The notes under the pieces: generated by a model
What the model was told of the DNA's origin: nothing
The model's database searches: none
What the model saw: only the letters and a program-made list of their open reading frames with translations
Made by a program: the position numbers and the translations under genes
Source of the DNA: Scyliorhinus canicula
Taxonomy: Eukaryota
Reading direction: 5' to 3'
Assembly: GCF_902713615.1 (NCBI RefSeq)
Contig: NC_052158.1
Coordinates: forward strand, 135,544,463 to 135,608,462
Length of the DNA stretch: 64,000 nucleotides
In this document: piece after piece, positions 51,561 to 59,860 of the stretch
Layout of the letters: every line of letters starts with the position of its first letter
Position numbering within the stretch: position 1 is the stretch's first letter

Positions 51561-54500
51561 CACACCCCACACTCCAAATGCATGGGTCTTTCAGCTGATA
51601 GTTCTGAACAGGATCACTGTTGTGATCCCAGTTGGTGTTATAACTGGATGGTAAGATCCCAGATGGAACCCTGGCTCAGAAGATTGTAACTTTTATTTTT
51701 ATTATATCAAACATGCGGGAACGGAGTCACAGAGCCGCTAATTTATTTTAACAAGAAAAAAACATTTATTGAACATGAAAACATCACATTATGATACAAT
51801 ACGCCGTTACTCCCTTCTCAGCTTGCCAAATGTGCACAGATGTAGAGATTAACATGGATTACAAAGTCTCTCTTTAACTACAATGGTCTCATTGACAAAA
51901 AAAGTTATTTTTAAGCACACAAGATGGCTGTGGTCAAATACACACTCTGCTCAAACCTACATTAGTGCCTGTGGTTTTCTCCTCAGAATCCCCCCCCCCC
52001 CCCCCCCCCCCCCAGGTTATTGCCCCCTGAGAGTTTTCAAACTTCATTCCTCAAAACCTCACTTTAAATTCTTCTCTCATAATAATGCTTTTCCTTGGCT
52101 GTTTGCATTCTGAAATCCAATCCAGGTTTTACAAATGATACTTTCCAACAAAGCTTCAGCTCCACTTTTAACAGTAAATCCAGCCCAGGATTTCACACCA
52201 ACTCCTTGAGGATTTCTTTGTCTTGACTCCTGTTCAAACCGCTGACAATTGCTCTAACTTTCGATTCCCAGATGGTATTAAAATGACATAAAACATTTAA
52301 TCAACCTCTGAAGCCTACTGTTCCATTTTACATCTAGTAACTTAGAGTATTTTGTACACTCTTCCTTGAAAACCTCTGAACAATACCTTGGCCTTTGTTC
52401 CCTTAAGTTCAGTGCCTTACATATACTTTCTGCCCCCCCCCCCCCTCCCCTCCCCCCGCCCCCAGCCATCATCACCACAGGCACCTGGGCTGTATTTTCT
52501 GCCTTATGCTGCTGATAGCGCAGTTCCCGATGCGGCAGAGAATCCAGAGTCAGGGAGAAAATGGGATGGGTGCCGGTTCCGATGCCCTGGACCCCCCGCT
52601 GGCATTGGGATTGAGATCCGTTCCCTGTGCCAGCGGGTAGATGCAAATGGGTAATTAAGCACATTTGTATTTGCATCCTGTTACCGGGCCCAACACCATA
52701 TTCCCCAGCCCTCGTGATTCTCTGGTCCTCTGGGCCGGAATTATGTGGGCAAGAATTGGTGCTGATCCTGACAAGCATGTATTTGATACAGTGGGCCAAG
52801 GGGGTATCTTTTTAAGGGAGTTGCCCCCGAAGGCCAACAGAGAGCCATCCTCTGCCCCCTCCCCACAACGCACGACCTGTCCACCCCGCTGCCACGAGAC
52901 CCGCCGCCACCCTCAAGAGACCACCTAAATAAAGAGAACCCCCATAGAGACCCCCTAAATAAGGAGACACTACAGAGATCCTCTAAACAAACAGCACCCC
53001 TCCCCCAAGGCACGTCCTAAATAAAGAGACCCTCCCCCCCCACAGATTCCCAGAAGAGAGACCCTTGTCAGGAAGGTCCCCAGAAGAGAGACACCTGTCG
53101 AGGAGCTAGGGAGCATTCCAGACAGAGGCACTAAAAACAAATCAGTGCTATAACATTTACCTGGCAATACGCCTGCTGACTAAGACAGAGGAAGCAGCAC
53201 CTATCAATTCCTGGAAGAGAAAACCAGACAGCTGTGTTTAAACTCCATCAGATCTTTGATTTGCATGCCATTCATTCATTTGTCTTTGACCTTAAGAGGC
53301 TGTGAATGACAGCTTTCATACACAGCTGTCAACATTGTTCCATTCATCTCCCTTCATAGTTGAGTAACTTTGAAGTGGTCAGCTGTGAAACTAACTGCAA
53401 TTTTATAAGCATCAAGCTTCGATTGACAGATCCTGGACTACTTCAAACAGAGTTCAGTGCTTTCCATTAATCTCTCTCATGGTTGAGTGATTTTGAAGTG
53501 TTCAGCTGTGAAACTAACAGAAATTAACTTTGTTTGAAGTTGTCCAGGAGCTGTCAATCAAAGCTTAACCACTTCAAAGTTACTGAACAATGAAGGAAGA
53601 TGAATGGAACAATGCTGGAGGGGTGGGGTGGGGTGGGGAGAAGCTGTCCATCACAGCCTAGTAGTATCAAAGAGAAATGATTGATCAGATCAAAGATGTT
53701 AAGGAGTTTAAACCAGCTGACCGGGTTGCTCTTTCCAGGAATTGACAGATGATGCTTCCTCTGCATGAGCCAGCAGGTGTATTGCCCAGGTGAGTGCTAA
53801 GTAGTGATTGTTTTCACTGCTTCTGTCTAGACTGCTCTGACAGGGGTCTCTCTTCTGGGAGGTCGCTACAGAGCCAATTTATTTAGGGGGTCTATGTGGG
53901 GTTTCTCTTTACTTAGGGGGCTTGGGGTTGGGGGAGGGGGTGGCAATCGAGAAAACCCCAGGGGGATTGTGTTGGGGGAAGGGAACCCAACTGCGGGACT
54001 TTGTTATCGGGCCGCCCGTTCAAAATATCATGACCATGAGACATAGGAGCAGAATTAGGCCACTTGGCCCATCGAGTCTGCTCCGCCATTCAATCATGGC
54101 TGATATTTTCTCATACCCATTCTGCTGCCTTTTCCCCATAACCCCTGATCCCCTTATTAATCAAGAACCTATCTATATCTGTCTTAAAGACACTCAGTGA
54201 ATCAGCCCGACAGTGGGACTCCCTGGGGAATCCTTTACAATCCTCACCATGGAAAAAGCTGCATGGCTAAGGATTGGGAATTGCTTCCTGATTTGTGCTC
54301 CCAGCAGGAGAACAAATCGGGCAATTCAACTCTGCCGGAGAACATAGTCTCCCAAACATATAATCCTATCCCCTGTCTCTAAATGCTCTTAAAATACTAA
54401 AACTTAAGAGCTTTTTACCTTACAAGTTGCTGAGCAGTGCCCACATTCTTAAGCCTTTTTTCACACCACAGCCCTCTCTAAGCACAATAGAAAGAGAGTT

Positions 54501-57500
54501 GGAACTAACCAAGCCGCACACATACAAACACCTTTGTTCGGCATGAATCTAACTACTCGGCATGAATGTAACTATATGTTTTACCTTTCCAGGCATATTT
54601 AAATCCATACCTTATTTTTACTGTTTACCAATACAAATATAAATCCCTTAAAACTAACTTTGTTTTTCTGACAATCACAGCAAACACTGGCTCAATTTGT
54701 CGCTTTTTTGCCTCTGAGAAAGAAGGTCGTTGGTTCAAGTTCTATGCTTGGACTTGAGCACAAAAATTAAAGCTGACATTTGAGTGCAGCACTGAGAGAA
54801 TGCTGCCCTCTCAGACGAGGAGCTGAAATGGAATGCTGCGTGCCCTCACGGGTGGTGAAAACATTCCTGTGACACAATTCTGAAGACATGAGAGTGATCC
54901 CTGGTGTCAATCAACATCACAAAAAACAGATCCCTCTGGTCTGTGCTCATATTGGCTCCAACATTACCTGCATTATAAAAGCAAAAACATTTCGAAAGGA
55001 CTTCATTGGCTGGAAAGTGCTTTGAGATGTTTGGTGGTTTTGAAAGATGCAATGCAAGTCTCATTCTTTCTCATTAACCTTCAGTATCCAACCATAAAAT
55101 TCAGAATAAAGAGAAAAGCAGCAAAACATTGGCAACAAGAAACAAATGGAAGGTTTATGCTTTTTCTCCCTAACAGCAAATTTCCAACAATTAAAATGAT
55201 GCGCTGTGGGACTGTAGGATGGGACATTCAGGAAGAAATAATGAGGGGTTTTGAGAAAGGTACAGTGGTAGTCAAGGGTGATGGAACATTTTCGGGGCAG
55301 TTTCTTAGAGCAGCACAATGTAGTGCCAACAGGGGGGTACTAGATCCGATAATGTCTGATGAGACTGGATTCATTAATAATCTCGTAATGAAGGCACCCA
55401 TAGGTAGCACAGATAATATGGTTGAATGTTATATTCAGTTTGAGGGAGAGAAGAATGGGTCTAAGACCAGTGTTTTAAACTTAAATAAGTGCACTTGTGA
55501 AGGCATGAAGGCAGAGCTGGCTAAAGTGAACTGGAAAATTAGTTTAATGAGTGGACCAGTAGAGATACAGCAGAAGACAATTAAAGTGACATTTCAGGAT
55601 ACTCAGAAAATATATATTCCAATGAGAAAGAAAGTTTCTAAGGAAAGGATGCACCATCCATCACAAATGAAGATTAGACGGAATATGAGAGCAACAAAGA
55701 ATGATGAAAAGATTAATAAGGAGAGAGAAATTAGAGTATCAGAGAAAACTAGCTAGAAATATAAAATCAAACAGCAAGAGCCCTACAGGAATTTAAAAAG
55801 GAAAAAATTAAAGCGAGCATATGTCTACTAGAGAGTGAGAATGGAGAATTATTGTCGGAAATAGCAGATGATTTGTCTTCACTCTAGAGGGATACAAATA
55901 ACTTGCCAGAAATAATTGTGAATCAGGAGGTGAAAAGGAGAGAGGACCTGAAAATAATTACAATAACCAGGGAAAGGAGATTGAGAAAATTATTAGAACG
56001 ACAGGCTGACAAGTACCAGGCCCTGGTGACTTGCATCGTAGGGTCTTAAAAGGAGTGGCTGCTGAGATAGTAGATGCATTGGCTTTAATTTCTCAAAATT
56101 CCCTCAATCCTGGAAAGGTCACATCAGATTGGAAAATAACAAATGTGACACCACTATTCAAGAACGCAAGGAGACAGAAAGCAGGAATTTACAGGAATTA
56201 CAGTTAAAGATCTGTCATCGGGAAATTACAGGAATCTACATTACGGAGATTATGGTGGGACATTGAGAAAATCTCAAATTTGATCAGCATGGTTTTGTGA
56301 AACCATTTATTGGAGTTCTTTGAGGAAGTAATAAGCAACATGGATAAAGGAGAACCTGTTGATGTGCCATACATGGATTTCCAGAAGGCGTTTAGCAAGG
56401 TGCCACATCAAAGGATACTATGCAAAATAAGAGTTCATGCTGTAGGGGACTAACATATTAGCATGGGGAGAGGATTGGTTAGCTAACATGAAACAGAAAG
56501 TAGGCAAGATATTACATAGGAATTAGTGCAGGGTCCTCAACTATTTACAATTTATACTTGGTGTCCGAGCTTGTCCTCGCCGAGACTTATGGGGAGACTG
56601 ATTGCTCCAAACCTATAGGTCTTGTGTGGGTTACAACAAATAGGTAGGAAGTAAGTTATGAAGAGGACAGAAGGATCTGTAAAAGGACATAGATATGTTA
56701 AGTGATTGGGCAAAAAGCTGGTAGACTGAATGAAAGTGGGAAATCATGAATTTGCCTACTTTGGCAGGAGGAATAGAAAAGTAGCATATGATTTAAATGG
56801 AGAGAATTTGCAGAACTCGGAGGTACAGAGAGATCTGAGTGTCGCAGTGCATGAATTAGGAAAAGTTAGTATGCAGGTACAGCAAATGATTAGGAAGGCA
56901 AATGAAAAATAGTCATTTATTGCAAAAGTAATGGAATATAAAGGTAGGGATTTGCTATAAAGTGAACACGGCATTGAGCACCACATGTGGAGTGCTCTGT
57001 ACAGTTTTTGTCTTCTTATTTTAATAAAAGCATATAAATCCATGAGAAACAGTTCAGAGAAGATTCATTCAACTCATACTTGGTTGGAGGGAAAGCCTGG
57101 ACAGGTTGGGGCTGTATCCATTGAAATTTAGAAGACTGAATGATGATCGTATTGAAGAATATAAGATTCTGGGATGATCTTGACAGGGAGGATTTTGAAA
57201 GGATGTTAGAATTAGAGGACACAGTTTAAAAATAAGGGGTCGCTCATTTAAGATGGCGATGAGGAAAAATCCTTTCTCTCAGTGGGTTGGGGGTCCGTAG
57301 AGCTCTCATTTCCAGAGAGCAGTGGAGGCATGGTGAATGAACAATTTTAAGGCAGGGCTAGATAGTTCTTGACTAACAAGGGATCAAAGGTTATCATGGG
57401 TAGGTGGAATGTGGAGTTGAGGCCACATTCAGACCAGCCATGATCTCCGTAAATGGTGGAGCAGTTTTGAGGTTCTAAACCGACTGCTCCTGCTCCCAAT

Positions 57501-57781
57501 TCTTATGTTCACATGTATTTTGCTGATTGGAATACCCTGTTTTTTCTAGGTTTTACATTGTTGCTTCTATTTTTTGGTCACCAACCTTCTAGGGTTCTCC
57601 AGGCTCTTCAGGTTTTGTCGGACCACCAGGATTGAAGGGTGATCCAGGAATTGGTGGTGGCCAAGGTGAAAAAGGAAACAAAGGTGATCAGGGCTTCCTT
57701 GGGAATACAGGAAGGCAAGGAAATGATGGAATACCTGGTCAACCAGGACCACAAGGACGCCAAGGAACTAAGGGTGACCCA
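2195..57781 (+). CDS. COL4A3: Type IV collagen alpha chain, alpha1-like class, most likely alpha3(IV); internal part of gene, 21 exons (about human exons 5-25), 480 codons, start and end outside window
   Basis: 21 AG/GT-bounded exons join in frame to Gly-X-Y with collagen IV landmarks: 7S motif [15 protein letters not shown] and CKAC interruptions. Exon sizes 45,63,54,27,78,54,36,42,72,54,60,45,54,42,85,36,156,93,84,71,189. Collagen IV alpha1-class is near certain. alpha3 is favoured (about 0.7) by recalled human sizes (exon 9=78, 15=60, 22=93; separate 85+36 exons unlike COL4A5), no GFPGER in exon 21, and Trp residues in the helix. Confidence 0.9.
2891..3448 (-). mobile_element. HE1/V-SINE (2891-3150) adjoined by a second V-SINE with a different 3' tail (3153-3448)
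   Basis: V-SINE core GGAGGAAACCGGAGCACCCGGAGG present twice; (TTCTATGA)n tail at 2891, TTA-rich tail at 3153. Confidence 0.85.
5730..5792 (+). CDS. COL4A3: Collagen IV exon (~6), 63 nt, [21 protein letters not shown]
   Basis: tctgtttag / gtacgt; conserved 7S Cys and N-glycosylation sequon NGT. Confidence 0.97.
5971..6024 (+). CDS. COL4A3: Collagen IV exon (~7), 54 nt, [18 protein letters not shown]
   Basis: poly-T-gcag / gtatgt. Confidence 0.95.
6753..6779 (+). CDS. COL4A3: Collagen IV exon (~8), 27 nt, GRPGFPGPK
   Basis: ctttcag / gtacgt; conserved 27-nt size. Confidence 0.93.
7028..7431 (+). mobile_element. Solo LTR (Gypsy-type, 404 bp)
   Basis: TG...CA ends, perfect 5-bp TSD ACGCT (7023-7027, 7432-7436), two CCAAT boxes, TATAAAA 7143, AATAAA 7334; layout matches the LTR at 37759. 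Confidence 0.88.
9320..9397 (+). CDS. COL4A3: Collagen IV exon (~9), 78 nt, [26 protein letters not shown]
   Basis: tataaag / gtaagt; carries the interruption that ends the 7S domain. Confidence 0.93.
9882..10250 (-). mobile_element. Penelope-like element 3' fragment with degenerate hammerhead motif
   Basis: Minus strand encodes the GIY-YIG C-terminus [27 protein letters not shown], then a pLTR with CCGAGGA-A-GGAGC-AGT-GCTCC-GAAAGCTA (~9936-9968). Confidence 0.85.
10487..10540 (+). CDS. COL4A3: Collagen IV exon (~10), 54 nt, [18 protein letters not shown]
   Basis: tttaag / gtaagt; perfect Gly-X-Y. Confidence 0.93.
10633..10855 (+). mobile_element. tRNA-derived SINE, same family as 1680-1880
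   Basis: Shared TTTAGCTCAGTTGGCT head and CCTGAGGTGTGGTGATCCTCAGG body. Confidence 0.7.
11150..11481 (+). mobile_element. HE1/V-SINE, full length
   Basis: tRNA head, V core, CR1-like tail GGCCTCCTTCTGCACTGTAAATTCTATGA. Confidence 0.9.
11600..13625 (+). mobile_element. Decayed CR1 LINE (ORF1 end, APE endonuclease, RT)
   Basis: [43 protein letters not shown] in broken frames. Confidence 0.9.
13875..14700. mobile_element. SINE cluster: minus V-SINE 13875-14075, duplicated head fragment 14283-14352, plus HE1 SINE 14345-14700
   Basis: V-SINE cores on both strands; (TTCTATG)n tail at 14680-14700. Confidence 0.85.
14903..14938 (+). CDS. COL4A3: Collagen IV exon (~11), 36 nt, [12 protein letters not shown]
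   Basis: ttgctag / gtatgt. Confidence 0.94.
15035..15076 (+). CDS. COL4A3: Collagen IV exon (~12), 42 nt, [14 protein letters not shown]
   Basis: ttgtgcag / gtaaga; homologous to the GxMGLxFxGPKG(D/E)K exon. Confidence 0.95.
15744..16412 (+). mobile_element. GC-rich PIF/Harbinger-type MITE
   Basis: TIR GGGCGCAATTCTCCGCTCCC / GGGAGCGGACAATCGCGCCC, 3-bp TSD ACA. Confidence 0.8.
17544..18255 (-). mobile_element. Second copy of the same MITE, inverted
   Basis: Reverse complement of 15744-16412 along its length; 3-bp TSD TCT. Confidence 0.8.
18975..20079 (+). mobile_element. Short tRNA-SINE split by a young 5'-truncated CR1 LINE (19138-20053)
   Basis: RT C-terminus [37 protein letters not shown] with one frameshift; (TTCTTATG)n tail; AATAA duplicated at 19133-19137 and 20054-20058. 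Confidence 0.93.
20624..20695 (+). CDS. COL4A3: Collagen IV exon (~13), 72 nt, [24 protein letters not shown]
   Basis: aaacag / gtaagt; long interruption at the expected position. Confidence 0.92.
21265..22100. mobile_element. Harbinger-type MITE containing a short tRNA-SINE (21495-21675)
   Basis: Ends GGGCACGATCTAAC / GTAAATCGCGTCC; internal SINE of the 18975 family with TTTCA tail. Confidence 0.7.
22890..23387 (+). mobile_element. Two adjacent, related ~245-bp LTR-like sequences
   Basis: First unit TGTAATAA...TATTAAA with TATATAA and AATAAA; motif CCATGxGxCTCGxGGAxTAxxAGCT in both units. Confidence 0.5.
23726..23921 (+). mobile_element. Short V-SINE
   Basis: tRNA head plus V core. Confidence 0.8.
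24371..24424 (+). CDS. COL4A3: Collagen IV exon (~14), 54 nt, [18 protein letters not shown]
   Basis: ttttcttccacag / gtaagt. Confidence 0.95.
24709..25462. mobile_element. GC-rich Harbinger-type MITE, diverged
   Basis: Ends GGCCGGGATTTTCTGC / GCAAAATTCCACCC. Confidence 0.55.
25961..26078. mobile_element. 118-bp Tourist-like MITE (relatives at 7667-7795, 15448-15618, 20128-20338)
   Basis: TIR GGGCGGAATTTT / AAAATTCAGCCC, 3-bp TSD AAT. Confidence 0.7.
26280..26625 (-). mobile_element. HE1/V-SINE, full length
   Basis: Reverse complement of the 11150 family. Confidence 0.9.
26717..26776 (+). CDS. COL4A3: Collagen IV exon (~15), 60 nt, [20 protein letters not shown]
   Basis: ttttatag / gtatga. 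Confidence 0.92.
28751..28795 (+). CDS. COL4A3: Collagen IV exon (~16), 45 nt, [15 protein letters not shown]
   Basis: tttttag / gttgga (weak donor); matches the 45-nt GKPGKDG exon. Confidence 0.9.
29072..29125 (+). CDS. COL4A3: Collagen IV exon (~17), 54 nt, [18 protein letters not shown]
   Basis: tatctcag / gtaagt. Confidence 0.95.
29245..29286 (+). CDS. COL4A3: Collagen IV exon (~18), 42 nt, [14 protein letters not shown]
   Basis: aatctag / gtaagt. Confidence 0.94.
29516..30116. mobile_element. PIF/Harbinger-type MITE, 601 bp
   Basis: TIR GGGCTGGATTTTCCA / TGGAGAATCCAGCCC, 3-bp TSD CTC. Confidence 0.85.
30284..30945. mobile_element. PIF/Harbinger-type MITE, 662 bp
   Basis: TIR GGGCCGGAAATCCC / GAGAATCCCGGCCC; no clean TSD. 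Confidence 0.75.
32195..32279 (+). CDS. COL4A3: Collagen IV exon (~19), 85 nt, [28 protein letters not shown](G); alternative start 32192
   Basis: CAGCAG tandem acceptor, gtgatg donor; phase 0/1; 85 nt is the recalled COL4A1/A3 size. Confidence 0.88.
32504..32840 (-). mobile_element. Short solo-LTR-like element (32587-32840) with an inverted duplication of its TATA-to-polyA segment (32504-32585)
   Basis: Minus strand TGTGATG...GCATCA ends, CCAAT motifs, TATAAA, ATTAAA; 82-bp inverted repeat. Confidence 0.7.
34527..34562 (+). CDS. COL4A3: Collagen IV exon (~20), 36 nt, (G)[11 protein letters not shown](G)
   Basis: ctttacag / gtaaga; phase 1/1. Confidence 0.94.
34796..34972 (-). mobile_element. 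Short tRNA-SINE (18975 family)
   Basis: Reverse complement match including the TTTCA tail. Confidence 0.85.
36113..36268 (+). CDS. COL4A3: Collagen IV exon (~21), 156 nt, (G)[51 protein letters not shown](G)
   Basis: ttctttag / gtacaa; phase 1/1. Confidence 0.95.
37759..42050 (+). mobile_element. Gypsy LTR retrotransposon (Mag-like), decayed and 3'-deleted: 5' LTR 37759-38161, gag, protease, RT, RNase H, partial integrase
   Basis: LTR TGTCATG...CATGGCA followed by TGG (PBS-like); gag from ATG 38201 with two Zn knuckles [22 protein letters not shown]; RT RMPFG/YVDD; RNase H ETDHRPL; integrase MSDNGP..YPQSNG; multiple frameshifts. Confidence 0.95.
39238..39594 (+). mobile_element. HE1/V-SINE inserted between Gypsy gag and protease
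   Basis: Full head-core-tail; closely similar to the copy at 59506. Confidence 0.92.
43722..43814 (+). CDS. COL4A3: Collagen IV exon (~22), 93 nt, (G)[30 protein letters not shown](G)
   Basis: tttttcag / gtaagc; phase 1/1. Confidence 0.94.
46098..46777 (-). mobile_element. HE1 SINE 3' half (46098-46276) and V-SINE with the alternative tail (46463-46777)
   Basis: Matches to the 26280 and 3153 families respectively. Confidence 0.85.
47015..47412 (+). mobile_element. CR1 LINE 3' end (other short CR1 ends at 43915-44065 +, 54030-54200 -)
   Basis: [21 protein letters not shown] motif and 3' tail. Confidence 0.85.
47578..47661 (+). CDS. COL4A3: Collagen IV exon (~23), 84 nt, (G)[27 protein letters not shown](G)
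   Basis: gttacag / gtaaac; conserved CxxC interruption. Confidence 0.96.
47925..49162 (-). mobile_element. Rex1/Babar LINE, 5'-truncated, inserted in an LTR-like element (~47730-49821)
   Basis: [54 protein letters not shown]; (CCAAT)n tail; GGGATTGG on both flanks. Confidence 0.9.
50082..50143. repeat. C-rich tract of long C runs separated by single T
   Basis: Direct observation. Confidence 0.9.
50858..50928 (+). CDS. COL4A3: Collagen IV exon (~24), 71 nt, (G)[23 protein letters not shown]
   Basis: acgatag / gtaaga; phase 1/0; conserved 71-nt size. Confidence 0.94.
52487..54025. mobile_element. Large diverged foldback (Harbinger-type non-autonomous) element
   Basis: Start GGGCTGTATTTTC; 52900-53450 is a degenerate reverse complement of 53530-53930; internal ~55-bp direct repeat at 53341 and 53465. 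Confidence 0.6.
54685..55050 (+). mobile_element. Deu-domain SINE (SacSINE1-like); fragments also at 51265-51445 (-) and 58660-58800 (+)
   Basis: tRNA head, GCTGACA..AGTGCAGxACTGAGxGAxTGCTG core, L2-like tail ACTTCATTGGCTG..AAGTGCTTTGAGA. Confidence 0.7.
55190..57515 (+). mobile_element. Heavily decayed CR1 LINE ending ~80 nt before exon 25
   Basis: [26 protein letters not shown]; TTCTTATG tail. Confidence 0.88.
57593..57781 (+). CDS. COL4A3: Collagen IV exon (~25), 189 nt, [63 protein letters not shown]
   Basis: ccttctag / gtcagt; 21 consecutive Gly-X-Y triplets. Confidence 0.95.
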
Positions 57782-57859
57782 GTCAGTACTTTCATCCTGT
57801 TATTTGTTCTGGTGTCAGCTTTAATTTGATGTTAGCATTCTCTTTGAATCTCCTGTACA

Positions 57860-58620
57860 CACCTCCAGCAACAAGAGCTCAAGGACTTATTTTCCATTAA
57901 GGTTGGGAGCACCATCAGTTGCCTCCACTGCTTCTCTCTTTTCCACGAACTCACCAGGCCAAATATCCTCTCAGGTTTCCCCCCTGTGCCCTAGCCCTGA
58001 AATTGCATCTTTCTCTTGTTTCTCTTCCCTTTACCCCCTCCAAGCTCCTTCTGTCCATGGGACCCACCCCCTCAATCCTGTTCCCACTAAACTGCTAACC
58101 AACTTAATTCCCTTCCTGGCCTCCGAATTAGCTGATATTGTTCAGAGTTCTCTCTACTCAGTTCATTCAAAACTGTGCTGCCCACATCCTAACTTGCACA
58201 AAGTCCCATCACCACGTACTCGCACCTACATTTACTTCCTGTTAAGCAAACCTTGATTTTACAGTTCTCATCATTGTTTTCAAGTCCTTCCATAACCTCC
58301 TCCTTCTCTATCTCTCCAATCTCCTCCAGTCTTCCAACCCACTGATATATTTGTGTCTTTCAATCCTAGCCTCTTATGCATCTCTGATTTTAATTGTTCC
58401 ATCTTTTCAGCTTGTGAGGTAGCCATCTCTTCAGCTTGTGAGCTCTTATATTCTGGACTTACCATCCCTATACATGTTCATTCTATCTCTCTTGTGTCCT
58501 TCAAGACACTCCTTAAAATTGACCTTTTTGCTCTAACTTCTCCTTATGAGGTCCAGTGTCAAATCTTGCCTGATAATGCTCCTGCGAAGGAAGGACGTGG
58601 CATTTTTTTACGATGTTAAA
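57860..58620 (+). mobile_element. L2 LINE remnant
   Basis: LNPVPTKLL..FLASELADIVQSSL resembles the L2 ORF2 pre-RT segment; pyrimidine-rich. Confidence 0.55.
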
Positions 58621-58800
58621 AGCCGTTTATAATTACAAGCTGATGTTCCTGTTGAATCCAGACATTCAGCACAATATCTAGGCTGGCACTTCAGTGCACT
58701 GCACTACTGAAGGAGAGCTGCACTGTCAGAGTTGCCTACTTTTGCATGAGACCTTAAACCAAGGCCCCATTTGCAATATCAGGTGGATATAAAAGATCTC

Positions 58801-59500
58801 AGCCACGATCTAACAGGAGAAGCACTAAGTGCCATAGCAGGTGCGACTTCTCGAGTGCTTCCCGATGGCCAATCTGGCAATACCATGGCTGGTATCTAAC
58901 CTGAATTGGTGCCGGAAATGATCTCTCACTGGCGTCATGGTGGAAATGGCCGTGCCGCCAGCTGATTCACCTAGATCGCCCCCAACAGCTCCCCGCTAAC
59001 AAGAGGGAGCAGTACGTTAACAGCTTCCTCCTAACACACTCCAAACAGCACACAGCCATGCCAAAACGGAGACCTGCTCCACGCTTCGGGGCTGCCGAAC
59101 TGGTCAGGCTGCTGGACGCTGTGGAGGCAAGACAGGACACCCTGTTCCCCTGAGAGAGTCAGAGGATCAGCCAAAGGGCCACCAATGCCACCTGGGAGGC
59201 AGTGGCAGCAGCTATCAGTTCAGGCAGCGTGACCGGGAAGACCTGAGTCCAGTGCAGGAAGAAGACCAATGACCTCCACCGGACCGCACGGCTACGTTGA
59301 CAGAAGCCTCCTGGCATTGATCCCACCTGCCACCCCCAGACCTCCACCATTCCCCCTCCCCACCCAACAAGTCGGTGGCTTTCACCTAGCACCACTCACC
59401 CCCCAGCATAATACCGCGCCTGTGCCCGAGCACACCCTGGCACCCACCAGCACAACCCACCCGTGCCCAGCAGCTGTGCCCACATATACATCTACATCCA
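58801..59500 (+). mobile_element. Harbinger remnant with Myb/SANT-like pseudogene (59058-59291)
   Basis: MPKRRPAPRFGAAELVRLLDAVEARQDTLFP*..ATWEAVAAAISS..*VQCRKKTNDL; homologous to 784-552; end AGCCACGATCTAAC resembles the 21266 TIR. Confidence 0.78.
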
Positions 59501-59505
59501 GATTA

Positions 59506-59860
59506 GGGCAGCACGGTAGCATTGTGGATAGCACAATCGCTTCACAGCTCCAGGGTCCCAGGTTCGATTCCGGCTTGGATCACTGTCTGTGCGGAGTCTG
59601 CACATCCTCCCCGTGTGTGCGTGGGTTTCCTCCGGGTGCTCCGGTTTCCTCCCACGGTCCAAAGATGTGCAGGTTAGGTGGATTGGCCATGACAAATTGC
59701 CCTTAGTGTCCAAAATTGCCTTAGTGTTGGGTGGGGTTACTGGGTTATGGGGATAGGGTGGAGGTGTTAACCGTGGGTAGGGTGCTCTTTCCAAGAGCCG
59801 GTGCAGACTCGATGGGCTGAATGGCCTCCTTCTACACTGTAAATTCTATGATAAATCTAT
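59506..59860 (+). mobile_element. HE1/V-SINE, full length
   Basis: Head-core-tail intact. Confidence 0.92.

Noticed and set aside
51621-54679. One large minus-strand LTR bounded by TGTGAT...ATCACA
   Set aside because: Plausible, but there is no TSD and it is interrupted by other elements, so I could not support the boundaries.
55022-55756. 244-aa ORF as a novel gene
   Set aside because: It reads through a SINE tail into decayed CR1 endonuclease sequence.
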